Source: the human T2T-CHM13v2.0 reference genome, Homo sapiens
Assembly: GCF_009914755.1 (NCBI RefSeq)
Contig: NC_060938.1
Direction: 5' to 3' (one strand)
Length of the DNA stretch: 64,000 nt
The notes beneath the pieces are model-generated. The model worked only from the letters and a program-made list of their open reading frames with translations. It ran no database searches and was not told where the DNA came from. Both the position numbers and the translations under genes were made by a program. Shown piece after piece: positions 44,396 to 60,789 of the stretch. Positions within the stretch are counted from its first letter, which is position 1, and each line of letters begins with the position of its first letter.

Positions 44396-45002
44396 TGTCG
44401 TACCCGAGTGAGTTAGAGAGAAATGCCACGCATTGAGACGAATTCAGGAGTCCTTTACTAGCCAGCGACTGAGACATGGCTAACGCACGAAATTCTCTCG
44501 GCCCTGAAGAAGGGACTAGATTTTCTTTTATACTTTGGTTTAGAGAGGGGAGGGGGGATTCTAGCTGCAACAACTTTACAGAAGAAAAAAACAGACAAAA
44601 AACTTAGAAAAACAGATGGTTACAGGAAAACAAACTGTTCCTGGTGTAGGGTCTTTAAATTCACCACAAAGTGATAGGTGAGGGGGCTCTGGGCATTATC
44701 TGCCGGACAAATGTGGGGGCTTTATGATACTATCTCTGAGTAAATTGCTGGGAACTGGGGACATCTCTTGTCTCAGCACTTTATCAGTTAATTGCACGCT
44801 TTGATATGTTGAAAATCAGCTTGCACAAGTTAAAGTCCTTGAGGAAAGGGGGTGGGTAAGGAGTCCTTGATGTCTTGTTAATGAAGGAGCCAAATGGAGT
44901 TTGTCTGGTTTTCTCAGCTAAGGGAGAGTCTATTCATATTAAAAACAAGGTTAGCTGTCTAAGGAAGAGTCTATTCATGTTAATACAACGTTGGGTATTA
45001 CA
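44396..45002 (-). mobile_element. LTR6B-like solo LTR (HERV-S71 group)
   Basis: TG..CA termini; minus strand starts TGTAATACCCAAC..ATGAATAGACTCT; 4-bp TSD AAAC at 44392-44395 and 45003-45006. Confidence 0.8.
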
Positions 45003-45821
45003 AAACGTCTGTTCATGATCTGGAAATTCTTCTGTGTTAGTTCTGTTAAAAGAAAAACTTTAAAGGAGTTTAATTTAGCAATAAACGATTCATGAATCGG
45101 ACAGTCCCCAGAATCACAGCAGATTCACAGAGACTCCAGTGCAGTCATGTGGTGGAAGAAGATTTATAGACAAAAGGGAAGTGGCATACCGAAATCGGAA
45201 GTGAGGTACAGAAACAACTCAGCGTTTGCCTTGTTTGAACACATTTTGAACATTTGGCAGTGCCTGAGTGGTTGAAGTTTGGCCATTGGGATTGGCCAAG
45301 ATGTAGCTGTTGTTCCAGGTGCATACTCTTAAGTTAGTTTTTCATTCTTGTATACCTATTAAGGTAGGTTGCAGTTCACCCACAAGGACTCATATATAGA
45401 ATTATGGAGTCCTTCTCAGGCCATACTTAGTTCACTTTAACAATGCCTTCCCTTTGGTTATTTTCTCAATTTTGAGAGATTGGCCGAAACTTCAGTCACT
45501 GGTGTCACTATTACCATTGCAAATGTACTTACTTGGTTTAGAAACCCACTGGGAAATAGACCAGTGAGATTTGAAAAGGTGGAACAAGGACTTGAGTAGA
45601 AGGTATCTTCTTATGCTGGAACATCCTGTTTACAGGAGAAAAACAAAACCTGGTTTGTTCTAGGATTTATGTGTTTCCCTAAAGTCTTAGTTTGATTATG
45701 TTACATTTAGCATGAGTGACTCCATTTTGGTTTGGTTTGGTTTGGTCTGTTGGGACCTATTGCATGAGCTTAGTTCAAAACAATGGCCTCCCATAATTTT
45801 GCTTTAAAAATTCCTCCTTTT

Positions 45822-46113
45822 TGCTGGGTGTGGTGGCTCACACCTGTAATCCCAGCACTTTGGGAGCCTGAGGTGGGCAGATCACGAGGTCAGGAGATTG
45901 AGACCATCCTTGCTAATATGGTGAAACCCCATCTCTACTAAAAATACAAAAAATTAGCCAAGTGTGGTGGCGGGTGCCTGTATTCCCAGCTACTCAGGAG
46001 GCTGAGGCAGGAGAATGGCCTGAACCCGGGAGGCAGAGCTTGCAGTGAGCCAAGATCATGCCACTGCACTCCACTCTGGGGGACAGACCAAAACTCTGTC
46101 TTAGAAAAAAAAA
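45822..46113 (+). mobile_element. AluY
   Basis: AluY diagnostics; TSD AAAAA(T)TCCTCCTTTT. Confidence 0.92.
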
Positions 46114-46189
46114 ATCCTCCTTTTCAGTCAAGTTCTCACTTAGTTGAGAGTGTGACCAAAATGTAGGGCCTTAGCATCACTCTTAGTTA

Positions 46190-47455
46190 CCATTGTTTTG
46201 GGTTCCAGTTTTAGCATGTCATTCCCATTGTTTTGGGTTTCTGGTTTAGCACATCACTCCCATTGTTTTGGGTTCCGGTTTTAGCACGTCATTCCCATTG
46301 TTTTGGGTTTCTGGTTTAGCACGTCACTCTCATTGTTTTGGGTTCCTGTTTTAGCACGTCACTCCCATTGTTTTGGGTTCTGGTTTAGCACGTCACTCAC
46401 ATTGTTTTGGGTTCTGGTTTTAGCACCTCACTCCCATTGTTTTGGGTTTCCAGGTTTTAGCACGTCACTCCCATTGTTTTGGGTTTCTGGTTTAGCACGT
46501 CACTCCCATTGTTTTGGGTGTCTGGTTTTATCACGTCACTCCCATCGTTTTGGGTTTCTGGTGTAGCAGGACACTCCCATTGTTTTGGGTTTCTGGTTTT
46601 AGCACTTCACTCCCATTGTTTTGGGTTTCTGGTTTAGCAGGACCCTCCCATTGTTTTGGGTTTCTGGTTTTAGCATGTCACTCCCATTGTTTTGGGTTCC
46701 GGTTTTAGCACGTCACTCCCATTGTTTTGGGTTCCGGTTTAGCACGTCATTCCCATTGTTTTGGGTTCAGGTTTTAGCACATCACTCCCATTGTTTTGGG
46801 TATCTGGTTTTAGCATGTCACTCCCATTGTTTTGTGTATCTGGTTTTAGCACCTCACTCCCATTGTTTTGGGTTTCCAGGTTTTAGCACGTCACTCCCAT
46901 TGTTTTGGGTTTCTGGTTTATCATGTCACTCTCATTGTTTTGGGTTTCTGGTTTAGCAGGACGCTCCCATTGTTTTGGGTTTCTGGTTTTACACGTCACT
47001 CCCATTGTTTTGGGTTTCTGGTTTAGCAGGACACTCCCATTGTTTTGGGTTTCTGCTTTAGCAGGTCACTACCATTGTTTTGGGTTCCGGTTTAAGCACA
47101 TCACTCCCATTGTTTTGGGTTCCGGTTTTAGCACATCACTCCCATTGTTTTGGATTTCTGGTTTAGCAGGTCACTCCCATTGTTTTTGGTTCTGGTTTAA
47201 GCACATCACTCCCGTTGTTTAGGGTTCTGGTTTTAGCACCTCACTCCCATTGTTTGGGTTTCTGGTTTTGCAGGTCACTCCCATTGTTTTGGGTTCCAGT
47301 TTAAGCACATCACTCCCATTGTTTTCGTTTCCGGTTTTAGCACGTCACTCCCATTGTTTTGGGTTCCAGTTTTAGCAAGTCACTCCCATTGTTTTGGGTT
47401 TCTGGTTTAGCATGTCACTCCCATTGTTTTGGGTTTCCAGTTTAGCATGTCACTC
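46190..47455. repeat. Minisatellite, ~35-bp unit x 36 (consensus CCATTGTTTTGGGTTTCTGGTTTTAGCACGTCACTC)
   Basis: 36 units counted by hand; no unique spacers; embedded in the MER57 internal region. Confidence 0.97.
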
Positions 47456-48727
47456 ATAGGTTATGGTGGCCTTATGGTTGCACATTTTTTTTAATCTCTT
47501 GTCATTCCAGTTGAAGAGATACCATTTGACATTTTAGAGATGGCTGCATGCAAACTCTTGAAACATTTGAGTAAGTACAGTACACCAGGGAGACTCTTAT
47601 GACTATTGGGATAACACCAAGATGTGGTATATGCTCCTTACTCAGGGTCCCCATAAATCAAACCACCAAAAATCAAATAGATTAAAGAATGAATTAGATA
47701 AAGGGTTTACTTGCTTAACTAAGTGGTTTTTTTTTGTTAATTCCCTACAACCAAATCTTTATAATACCCCATGTTTTCTCCACATGCTGTAAGTGTTAGC
47801 AGCTGCACAGATACTTAAGATAAGAGTCTCATGATAGTAGAGAAGTCTTGATCTGTGATCTTGGGAAAAGCTGTTCACATTAAGGATGCCATCTTCTTCT
47901 GGGGGGAACTGTCCGTGTTAGCTTTACCTTAAGGGTTCCAATAGGCATATGGTTCTGAGTGTGGAGGGACCCTTCTGAGTTGTGAGACTATGAACCCAAA
48001 GTTTAAGGTTTTAAAGTTTTGTTGTCATGTGGATGGCGAGGGCAGTCCTTCTCTGATGTTCTCAGAAGATCCAGTCATCAGATTCTAGATTTTGAAGGGT
48101 TTGACTGTCCTCAGTGAACCATAAAAGGCTTTCTTTACCTGGTGAAAATACACTTCAGGGTAATAATCTACTGTTTTAACATCAACTCTCTCGCATGGAA
48201 GAGCTTTTATACAATCAGAAAACATGCACTGAAAATGACAACTGAATGAAATCCCTTTATAAAATGTTTAAATGGCCCATCAGATAACCAAATGTACCTA
48301 AAGTTTTGATTGTTTTCCTAGGAATATAGGTTTCACAAACCAAACATTGGTTATAAACTATTTTAGCAGTTTAGAAATCACCACACCAATATATTTAATT
48401 TGGATCGTTTTCTCTTTCTGTGATGAGTTATGGAATGCAGAACTTTTAATAACAAAAGTTTTTAGGACTTAAGAAGGATAAGGTGGCCATCCTGGTTCTT
48501 TATAGGTCTGTGCTTAATTAACATCAGACTTACATCCTCTTGAATACCAGCTGTTTCTCCAAATTAGGTGCATGGCACTGGTAACTGATGAGTAGTTATA
48601 GGTAATTTGATTTAGACCATGGAGTTTATTTAAATTATATATCTAAACAATTTCAATATTGGTGATTTAGCATGAAAATGTGGCATAATATTTCCTTGGT
48701 ATACAATTTTTGTTTTACTTGGGTTAG

Positions 48728-49060
<333 letters not shown>

Positions 49061-49365
49061 TAACTGTTGAGAATTCTTAGCCAGTCCAATTCTTGGGGTA
49101 TCGGGGAACTTATGGGGAATTTTTACCCATGATATTAAAGTTATTAGAAATCTGTGTTCACGAGTGTTTTTCAGGGTCATTTTCATTCTTTCATGAATCT
49201 TCTAAGAGACACCATACTCTAGAATTTTGCATGCTTGTGAAGTTTTTAGAAACTGCATCACTATTAAGCAATTAACTGTGAAATGACTTTAGTTATAGTT
49301 AAAGACAATTGACAAGGAAATTTGGTTATTTCTGTGGTCTACAATAACTTAATAACCATAATTAG

Positions 49366-49744
<379 letters not shown>

Positions 49745-50218
49745 TTATTTTGACAGTGCTACCCATGTGACTTAACATGTTAAATAGTCCTGTTTACCTC
49801 TCTTTTGGGTGCTTCAGGGGTCTCTGTAGTATCCCAAAATTAGAGGTCAGAAAAGACAATTTTGAAGTTGAAATTTGATTTTGGGAAGCCTATTAAATAT
49901 ATTAAAGGTTTAAACACTTGATGTTATGAAATAGAATTCCACGTCACCGTAAGTCATTCATTTACCAAAAATCATGACAAAAAATTTTTATTATTTTTTT
50001 ATTTTTATTTTTTATTATACTTTTAGTTTTAGGGTACATGTGCACATTGTGCAGGTTAGTTACATATGTATACATCTGCCATGCTGGTGTGCTGCACCCA
50101 CTAACTCGTCATCTAGCATTAGGTATATCTCCCAATGCTATCCCTCCCCCCTCCCCCCACACCACAACAGTCCCCAGAGTGTGATATTCCCCTTCCTGTG
50201 TCCATGTGATCTCATTGT

Positions 50219-52333
<2,115 letters not shown>

Positions 52334-52390
52334 TTACATCCCAGGGATGAAGCCCACTTGATCAAGTTGCATAAGCTTTTTGATGTGTTA

Positions 52391-52801
<411 letters not shown>

Positions 52802-55696
52802 TTATTCTCTGATGGTAGTTAGTATTTTGCTGGGATTGGTGGTGATATCCGCATTATCATTTTTTATTGCGTCTATTTGATTCTTCTCTCTTTTTTTCTT
52901 TATTAGTCTTGCTAGAGGTCTATCAATTTTGCTGATCCTTTCAAAAAACCAGCTCCTGGATTCATTAATTTTTTGAAGGGATTTTGTGTCTCTATTTCCT
53001 TCAGTTCTGCTCTGATTTTAGTTATTTCTTGCCTTCTGCTAGCTTTTGAATGTGTTTGCTCTTGCTTTTCTAGTTCTTTCAATTGTGATGTTAGGGTGTC
53101 AATTTTGGATCTTTCCTGTTTTCCCTTGTGGGCATTTAGTGCTATAAATTTCCCTCTACACAGTGCTTTGAATGCGTCCCAGAGATTCTGGTATGTTGTG
53201 TCTTTGTTCTCATTGGTTTCAAAGAATATCTTTATTTCTGCCTTCATTTCCTTATGTACCCAGTAGTCATTCAGGAGCAGGTTGTTCAGTTTCCATGTAG
53301 TTGAGCAGTTTTGAGTGAGATTCTTAATCTTGAGTTCTAGTTTGATTGCACTGTCATCTGAGAGATAGTTTCTTATAATTTCTGTTCTTTTACATTTGCT
53401 GAGGAGAACTTTACTTCCAAGTATGTGGTCAATTTTGGAATAGGTGTGGTGTGGTGCTGAAAACATGTATATTCTGTTGATTTGGGGTGGAAAGTTCTGG
53501 AGATGTCTGTTAGGTCCGCTTGGTGCAGAGCTGAGTTCAATTCCTGGGTATGCTTTTTGACTTCCTGTCTTGTTGATCTGTCTAATGTTGACAGTGGGGT
53601 GTTAAAGTCTCCCATTATTAATGTGTGGGAGTCTAAGTCTCTTTGTAGGTCACTCAGGACTTGCTTTATGAATCTGCATGCTCCTGTATTGGGTGCATAT
53701 ATATTTAGGATAGTTAGCTCTTCTTGTTGAATTGATCCCTTTACCATTATGTAATGGCCTTCTTTGTCTCTTTTGATCTTTCTTGGTTTAAAGTCTGTTT
53801 TATCAGAGACTAGGATTACAACCCCTGCCTTTTTTTGTTTTCCATTTGCTTGGTAGATCTTCCTCCATCCTTTTATTTTGAACCTATGTGTGTCTCTGCA
53901 CGTGAGATGAGTTTCCTGAATACAGCACACTGATGGTTCTTGACTCTTTATCCAATTTGCCAGTCTGTGTCTTTTAATTGGAGCATTTAGTCCATTTACA
54001 TTTAAAGTTAATATTGTTATGTGTGAATTTGATCCTGTCATTATGATGTTAGCTGGTTATTTTGCTCGTTAGTTAATGCAGTTTCTTCCTAGTCTCGACG
54101 GTGTTTACATTTTGGCATGATTTTGCAGCGGCTGGTACCAGTTGATCCTTTCCATGTTTAGTGCTTCCTTCAGGAGCTCTTGTAAGGCAGGCCTGGTCGT
54201 GACAAAATCTCTCAGCATTTGCTTGTCTGTAAAGTATTTTATTTCTCCTTTGCTTATGAAGCTTAGCTTGGCTGGATATGAAATTCTGGGTTGAAAATTC
54301 TTTTCTTTAAGAATGTTGAATATTGGCCCCCACTCTCTTCTGGCTTGTAGGGTTTCTGCTGAGAGATCCGCTGTTAGTCTGATGGGCTTCCCTTTGAGGG
54401 TAGCCCGACCTTTCTCTCTGGCTGCCCTTAACATTTTTTCCTTCATTTCAACTTTGGTGAATCTGACAATTATGTGTCTTGGAGTTGCTCTTCTCGAGGA
54501 GTATCTTTGTGGCGTTCTCTGTATTTTCTGAATCTGAATGTTGGCCTGCCTTGCTAGATTGGGGAAGTTCTCCTGGATAATGTCCTGCAGTGTTTTCCAA
54601 CTTGGTTCCATTCTCCCTATCACTTTCAGGTACACCAATCAGATGTAGATTTGGTCTTTTCACATAGTCCCATATTTCTTGGAGGCTTTGCTCATTTCTT
54701 TTTATTCTTTTTTCTCTAAACTTCCCTTCTCATTTCATTTCATTCATTTCATCTTCCATCGCTGATACCCTTTCTTCCAGTTGATCGCATCGGCTCCTGA
54801 GGCTTCTGCATTCTTCACGTAGTTCTCGAGCCTTCGTTTTCAGCTCCATCAGCTCCTTTAAGAAATTCTCTCTATTGGTTATTCTAGTTATACATTCTTC
54901 TAAATTTTTTTCAAAGTTTTCAACTTTGCCTTTGGTTTGAATGTCCTGCCATAGCTCAGAGTAATTTGATCATCTGAAGCCTTCTCTCAGCTCGTCAAAA
55001 TCATTCTCCATCCAGCTTTGTTCCGTTGCTGGTGAGGAACTGCATTCCTTTGGAGGAGGAGAGGCGCTCTGCTTTTTAGAGTTTCCAGTTTTTCTGTTCT
55101 GTTTTTTCCCCATCTTTGTGGTTTTATCTACTTTTGGTCTTTGATGATGGTGATGTACACATGGGTTCTTGGTGTGGATGTCCTTTCTGTTTTTTAGTTT
55201 TCCTTCTAACAGACAGTACCCTCAGTTTCAGGTCTGTTGGAGTTTTCTAGAGGCCCATTCCCGACCCTGTTTGCCTGGGTATCAGCAGTGGTGTCTGCAA
55301 AACCGTGGATTTTCATGATCCGTGAATGCTGCTGTCTGATCGTTCCTCTGGAAGTTTTGTCTCAGAGGAGTACCTGGTCGTGTGAGGTGTCAGTCTGCCC
55401 CTGCTAGGGGGCGCCTCCCAGTTAGGCTGCTCGGGGGTCAGGGGTCAGGGACCCACTTGAGGAGGCAGTCTGCCCATTCTCAGATCTCCAGCTGTGTGCT
55501 GGGAGAACCACTGCTCTCCTCAAAGCTGTCAGACAGGGACATTTAAGTCTGCAGAGGTTACTGCTGTCTTTTTGTTTGTCTGTGTCCTGCCCCCAGAGGT
55601 GGAGCCTGCAGAGGCAGGCAGGCCTCCTTGAGCTGTGGTGGGCTCCACCCAGTTCGAGCTTCCAGGCTGCTTTGTTTACCTAAGAGAGCCTGGGCA

Positions 55697-55930
55697 ATGG
55701 CCGGTGCCCCTCCCCCAGCCTCGCTGCTGCCTTGCAGTTTGATCTCAGACTGCTGTGTTAGCAATCATCGAGACTCCATGGGCATAGGACCTTCTGAGCC
55801 AGGTGCGGGATATAATCTCGTGGTGTGCCATTTCCTAAGCCCATCAGAAAAGCTCAGTATTAGGGTGGCAGTGGCCCGATTTTCCAGGTGCCATCTGTCA
55901 CCCCTTTCCTTGACCAGGAAAGGGAACTAA
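55697..55930 (+). CDS. ORF0: L1 antisense ORF0, open (77 aa)
   Basis: MAGAPPPASLLPCSLISDCC... matches the primate L1 ORF0 N-terminus; Kozak GCAATGG; expression unknown. Confidence 0.6.
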   Translation: MAGAPPPASLLPCSLISDCCVSNHRDSMGIGPSEPGAGYNLVVCHFLSPSEKLSIRVAVARFSRCHLSPLSLTRKGN

Positions 55931-56246
55931 CTTCCTGACCCCTTGCACTTCCCGAGTGAGGCAATGCCTTGCCCTGCTTTGGCTAGTGCACAGTGCACTT
56001 CACCCACTGTCCTGCACCCACTGTCTGGCACTCCCTAGTGAGATGAACCCAGTACCTCAAATGGAAATGCAGAAATCACCCATCTTCTGCATCGCTCATG
56101 CTGGGAGCTGTAGACCGGAGCTGTTCCTATTCGGCCATCTTGGCTCCTCCTCCCATTATTTTTTAATATTTTCTGAAAATCTTCTTTAAAGAGAGAAAGC
56201 CAAATGTCACCCACTTTTTCATAAAACCTTACAGGCAAATCTATTA

Positions 56247-56543
56247 TTCTTTTCTTTTTTGAGATGGATTTTCCCTCTTGTTGCCCAAGCTGGAGTGCAA
56301 TGGTGCGATCTCGGTTTACTGCAACCCCCTGCCTCCCAGGTTCAAGTGATTCTCCGGCCCCAGCCTCCTGAGTAGCTGGGATTAGAGGCATGCCCCACCA
56401 TGCCCAGCTAATTTTGTGTTTTTAGTAGAGACGGGGTTTTTCCTTGTTGGTCAGGCTGGCCTTGAACTCCTGACCTCATGTGATCCACCTGCCTCGGCCT
56501 CCCCAAGTGTTGAGATTACAGCTGTGAGCCACTGCCCCGGGCC
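56247..56543 (-). mobile_element. AluSp/Sq-like, followed by a short Alu-tail fragment (56546-56580)
   Basis: CTCTTGTTGCCCA..GCAATGG diagnostics. Confidence 0.9.
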
Positions 56544-57481
56544 ATTTTTTTTTAAAGATAGCGTCTTGCTCTGTCACCCTCCTCACCACATTATAGCTCT
56601 GGGGGCCAAGCTGCATCACAATGGAAATCATGGAGCCACAGGAAGAATCCACTTAGCTTTGCAAGATGCTGCCCAAGGGGTTGCTTGGAGTAACCAAATT
56701 AACATTTTTCATTCTGCTCAGAGCAAAATATATGTGACAAAACATAGCCACGAGCCACTTTGCTTAGCACCCAGTGTCAAACTGGTAAGACTCAAACTTC
56801 CTCCCAGATAGGCCATGCCATCTCTAAATCTTTTTAGAAGCTTCTGCATGTTAATAGGCATCCCTAGATGAGACTAATTTGGGAGCCATCATTTTTAAAT
56901 GCACTTCAGGGCATTATTCATTTGGAATGTTACACTATAAGTTATCTTTAGTAAGATTTTGCCATTTCTGTAAGACTTTGCTGCTTCCCAGGCCTAATGA
57001 ATTAGCCAGAAAGAACTTAGTTTTCCAGAAATTAAGGATCCTATTTTTACCTAATATATTGGCTTTACTCTCAGGTTCCCTTGATTGACTTAGCCAATGA
57101 TTTTTTTTCCTACCTAAGCGTGTGAGGAAAATGAAACAAAGGGGCAGAACACAAAAATCCCCGTGAATTTCCAAAAGCCAAATTTTACAACCCTCCAATA
57201 TTATCATTTACTACCACTTTCCTTCTGACCCATTCAGATGTAGGAGGCCTCTAACTGGAACTGGATTCAAGCCAGTTAATTACTGGATCAAATCTGATCC
57301 TGGACCCGGTCCCGTTTCTGTCATAACTTCTAAAACATCCAGCCAGTCATGGCTGGATAGCAGTTTGGAACAGAAATTTGCTCAGAGAAACTCAGCTCAA
57401 AACACAAATTCATGGAGCTCTGAAATCCGAGAGAGAATTTACCACGATCCCCAGATGCTCTGAGAGGTCAAAGGGCACAAG

Positions 57482-58743
57482 TGTTACAGAATCCTGAGGC
57501 GTCACTTTTCTGCCTGAAACCTCTGGCTGGTGGCGCCTTTACCTGTGTTTTGCTCGGGCCCACTGGGTTCGTTCTGTCCACTTGGCTCATGCTAGTGGTC
57601 TGGATCCCACACCTGCCAAGGGTGAGCTGGGTACAGAGCAGTGAAGGGTGTGTGAGCAAGCGAGCATGGGATCTGGCCACTGCACACAGCCAAGCATGCC
57701 AGCTGCAGTGGGGTGGGCAGCTCCAGGCACCGCCACAGGTGCCAGCTCCCTGTGAGGCTGCAGCTGGACCAGGCTGACTGCAAACAGCTTCCACTGTGGG
57801 TATCAGGGAATGCAGCGGTGCCTGGAAGCTTCGAGATGCAGGAACTGCAGAGCCCCAAATAAGGTGTCACAGCCCTGGCTTGGGGAGCTCCTAGGTCTGG
57901 GCTCCCTGAAGGGCCACAGCTCTTCTCTCCTTCTCTCTTCTCTTCTTCTTGCCTGCAATTTGGCAAGCAAGGGGTGCGTTTCAGCCCTGTTTATGTTACA
58001 CCTCTTTCAGCCCTGCTAGTTGGCAGGTCCCGAGTTCTTGTCCTGAGTCCAGGAAGAATGAGGTATGTGGGCAAGTAGAAGGTGAGCAAGGTGAAGAGGT
58101 GCTTTATTGAGCAACAGTACAGCTCAGAGGAGACGTGCAGTGGGTAGCTCCTTTCGGCAGGCAGGTCATCCCAATGTCTGTTCAGCTCTCAGCAGCTGAG
58201 AGAGATGCATGGTGGTTAGCTATGCCCACAGTGCCCAGGCTTTTCGAGCTGAGGAGTGCCTTCAAGCCAGTGCTGAGCCACTCTTAGCCCCACCTCAACG
58301 TCCCTCCTGTGCTCATCAGTTCCCAAAGTGTGGAGGGGGCCGAGGTGGCAGGGGGCTGGCATGTCAGCACTGCCCTGAGCTTGCACAAACTGGGCTGGGT
58401 TGCGACTGTGCCTGGGTTCAACCTCAATTTGGATCCGAAGTTGGAGTGGGCTCTGGGAGCGGAGACATGCCAGGTGGTGGGAGCAGGTATGACTGGGCCT
58501 ACGGGGGCAGGGGGGCTTGCTGGGCCTCTGAGAGTGCAAAGATGCCCGGGTTTGCTGTCATGGGTGGATGGCTGCAGCTGTGCCTGGGAGGGTGGGGCTC
58601 CTGCCTGCCAATTTAGAAGGGGTGGGTCTCTCACCTGTTCCTGGCTCCCACTAACTTTGAGGAGTTCACAGCCCCAGCCACTCCTCCCCACTGCAGCCAG
58701 TGTCTCCGTAGCAACTGCTCCACATGGGCCACTGCTGCCATCA
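57482..58743 (-). mobile_element. MER52A-like LTR inside the MER57 leader
   Basis: TG..CA termini; minus strand starts TGATGGCAGCAGTGGCCCATGTGGAGC; GC-rich; TSD not evident (CAAG vs TAGA). Confidence 0.8.
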
Positions 58744-58863
58744 TAGAGCGGTCCTTGCAGGTGCCTTTCTTGTACCTCAGCACTCCTGGGGGTCATTAGA
58801 AGCCCTAGCAACACTGCTCACCACACTATAGCTCCAGAGGCCCTAGCAGTCCTGCTCCCACAG

Positions 58864-58881
58864 ATCCCACTTCTGACACCA
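58864..58881 (-). promoter_or_regulatory. Primer-binding site, tRNA-Leu
   Basis: TGGTGTCAGAAGTGGGAT, an 18-nt match to the recalled tRNA-Leu(CAA) 3' end, 2 nt from the 5' LTR. Confidence 0.9.
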
Positions 58882-59754
58882 TCTATTAAAAGAAAATCTT
58901 CAGCTGAATTAAATTTAAAGGAACTTAATTGAGCAATGAATGATTCACGAATCAGGCAGCCCCCAGAATCACAGCAGATTCAGTGAGACTCCAGCACAGC
59001 TACATGGTGGAAGATTTATAGACAATAAAGGGAACGTGATGTACAGAAATCTGAAGTGAGGAGTGAGGTCCAGAAGCAACTGGGTCCGTTACAGTTCTCA
59101 GCAGTGAGGTCCAGAAACAACTGGACTGGTTACAGTGCTCAGCATTTGCCTTATTTGAACACAGCTGAACACTCAGTAGTGTGTGAGTGGCAGAAGTTTG
59201 GCTGTTGGGATTGGCCAGGACTCAGCTATAGTTACAGGTGCATACTCCAAAGTTAGGTTATCAGTCTTTCTACCTATTAAGTTAGGTTGCAGTTTGTCCA
59301 CAGGGACTCAAATCTAGAAGTACAGAGTCCTTCCCAGGCCATATTTAGTTCACTGTAACAGTTCCTATTATGACCTCACTGACAGTTCTTTTTCTCTGAA
59401 TTTTCCTTTCTTCTCAACAGCTTGTCCAAATGTTCCATTGGTCCCTGTTCATCCCGCCCTGCAGCTCTCCTTGACTGATTCTGCCCTTTGTGGTTTGCAG
59501 TCCTGTTTCTCTACAGCTTGGACCCCTTCAATCTTTCCATCATAGGTTTAACTCTCTGTTGAATTCTTATTTGTAGCTACGCAAATGTTACCTTAAGCTA
59601 AAAAAATTCAAAGTGAAAGCCACATCCTCCTCTCTTCCCTTATGTGTATGGTATTACTACCATGCAGCCAGTGACCCAAAATGGGATTTTTTCTGGGCTT
59701 TTCTTGCTTAGATTCAGGCTCATCTGGTGTCAAGCCTTGTTACTTTTGTTTCCT

Positions 59755-60065
<311 letters not shown>

Positions 60066-60789
60066 TGCTTGTTGTTTTCATCTCATCCTGATTTCTGAAT
60101 ACAGGAGAGGAGCTGAGTTGGTGTTCACTAACAAGCACAGAAGCTTTGTTACATTTACAGTGTCATTCTTGGCAAAACCTGAATGGTATGTTTGTGGGGT
60201 GATGAGGTTCAGTCCCCTGTGACCTGTGCATCTGGCCAACACTGTGGTGACATCCTTAGGAATCCATGGGGAGAGACAAAGCATTCAGGAGTTAGTGGGT
60301 CACGTTTGACAAGGGCCAATAAAGAAATATGCAAAGACAAAAAACAAGAAGAACATTATCATATTTTATACCTTTTGTTTATATAAATTTATGTCAATGA
60401 TTCTAGCTTATGTTAATATACAATGTATACAATATGCTAACATATACAATATATGTTTATAGTTTAAACATTTCTGTCATGTTTTCAGATTCTTTAAAGA
60501 TTACATTACACTTCCTATTTCAGATAGCTGTTTAAAATGAGTAAGGAAAAACGGATGTGTGCATCAGTTCTAACTGTTTATGGACTAAAACTAGTTGATT
60601 TCTTGGTTAAGAACAAAAAGTGACAACCTAATTAACTGAAAATTTTAAGTAGGCAATTATGGTTTTAGCTTTAATGTAAAATATTAACTATGCTCCATTC
60701 TTGCATTTTTAACCTAATACTCAATATAAATCGCCACATGCCATGTTTCAGATCAAGGTTCTACTTGTGATCTCTCATGAGTTTTTCAA

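Noticed and set aside
46190-47455. CRISPR-like array (regular ~35-bp repeats)
   Set aside because: Units are contiguous with no unique spacers, there are no cas genes, and the context is primate DNA; it is a minisatellite. The ORFs across it are repeat artefacts.
57468-58814. Cluster of overlapping 100-176-aa ORFs and an apparent CpG-rich island
   Set aside because: They lie almost entirely within the GC-rich MER52A LTR.
58864-58881. tRNA-Leu gene
   Set aside because: Only the 3' 18 nt including CCA are present, next to an LTR; this is a primer-binding site.
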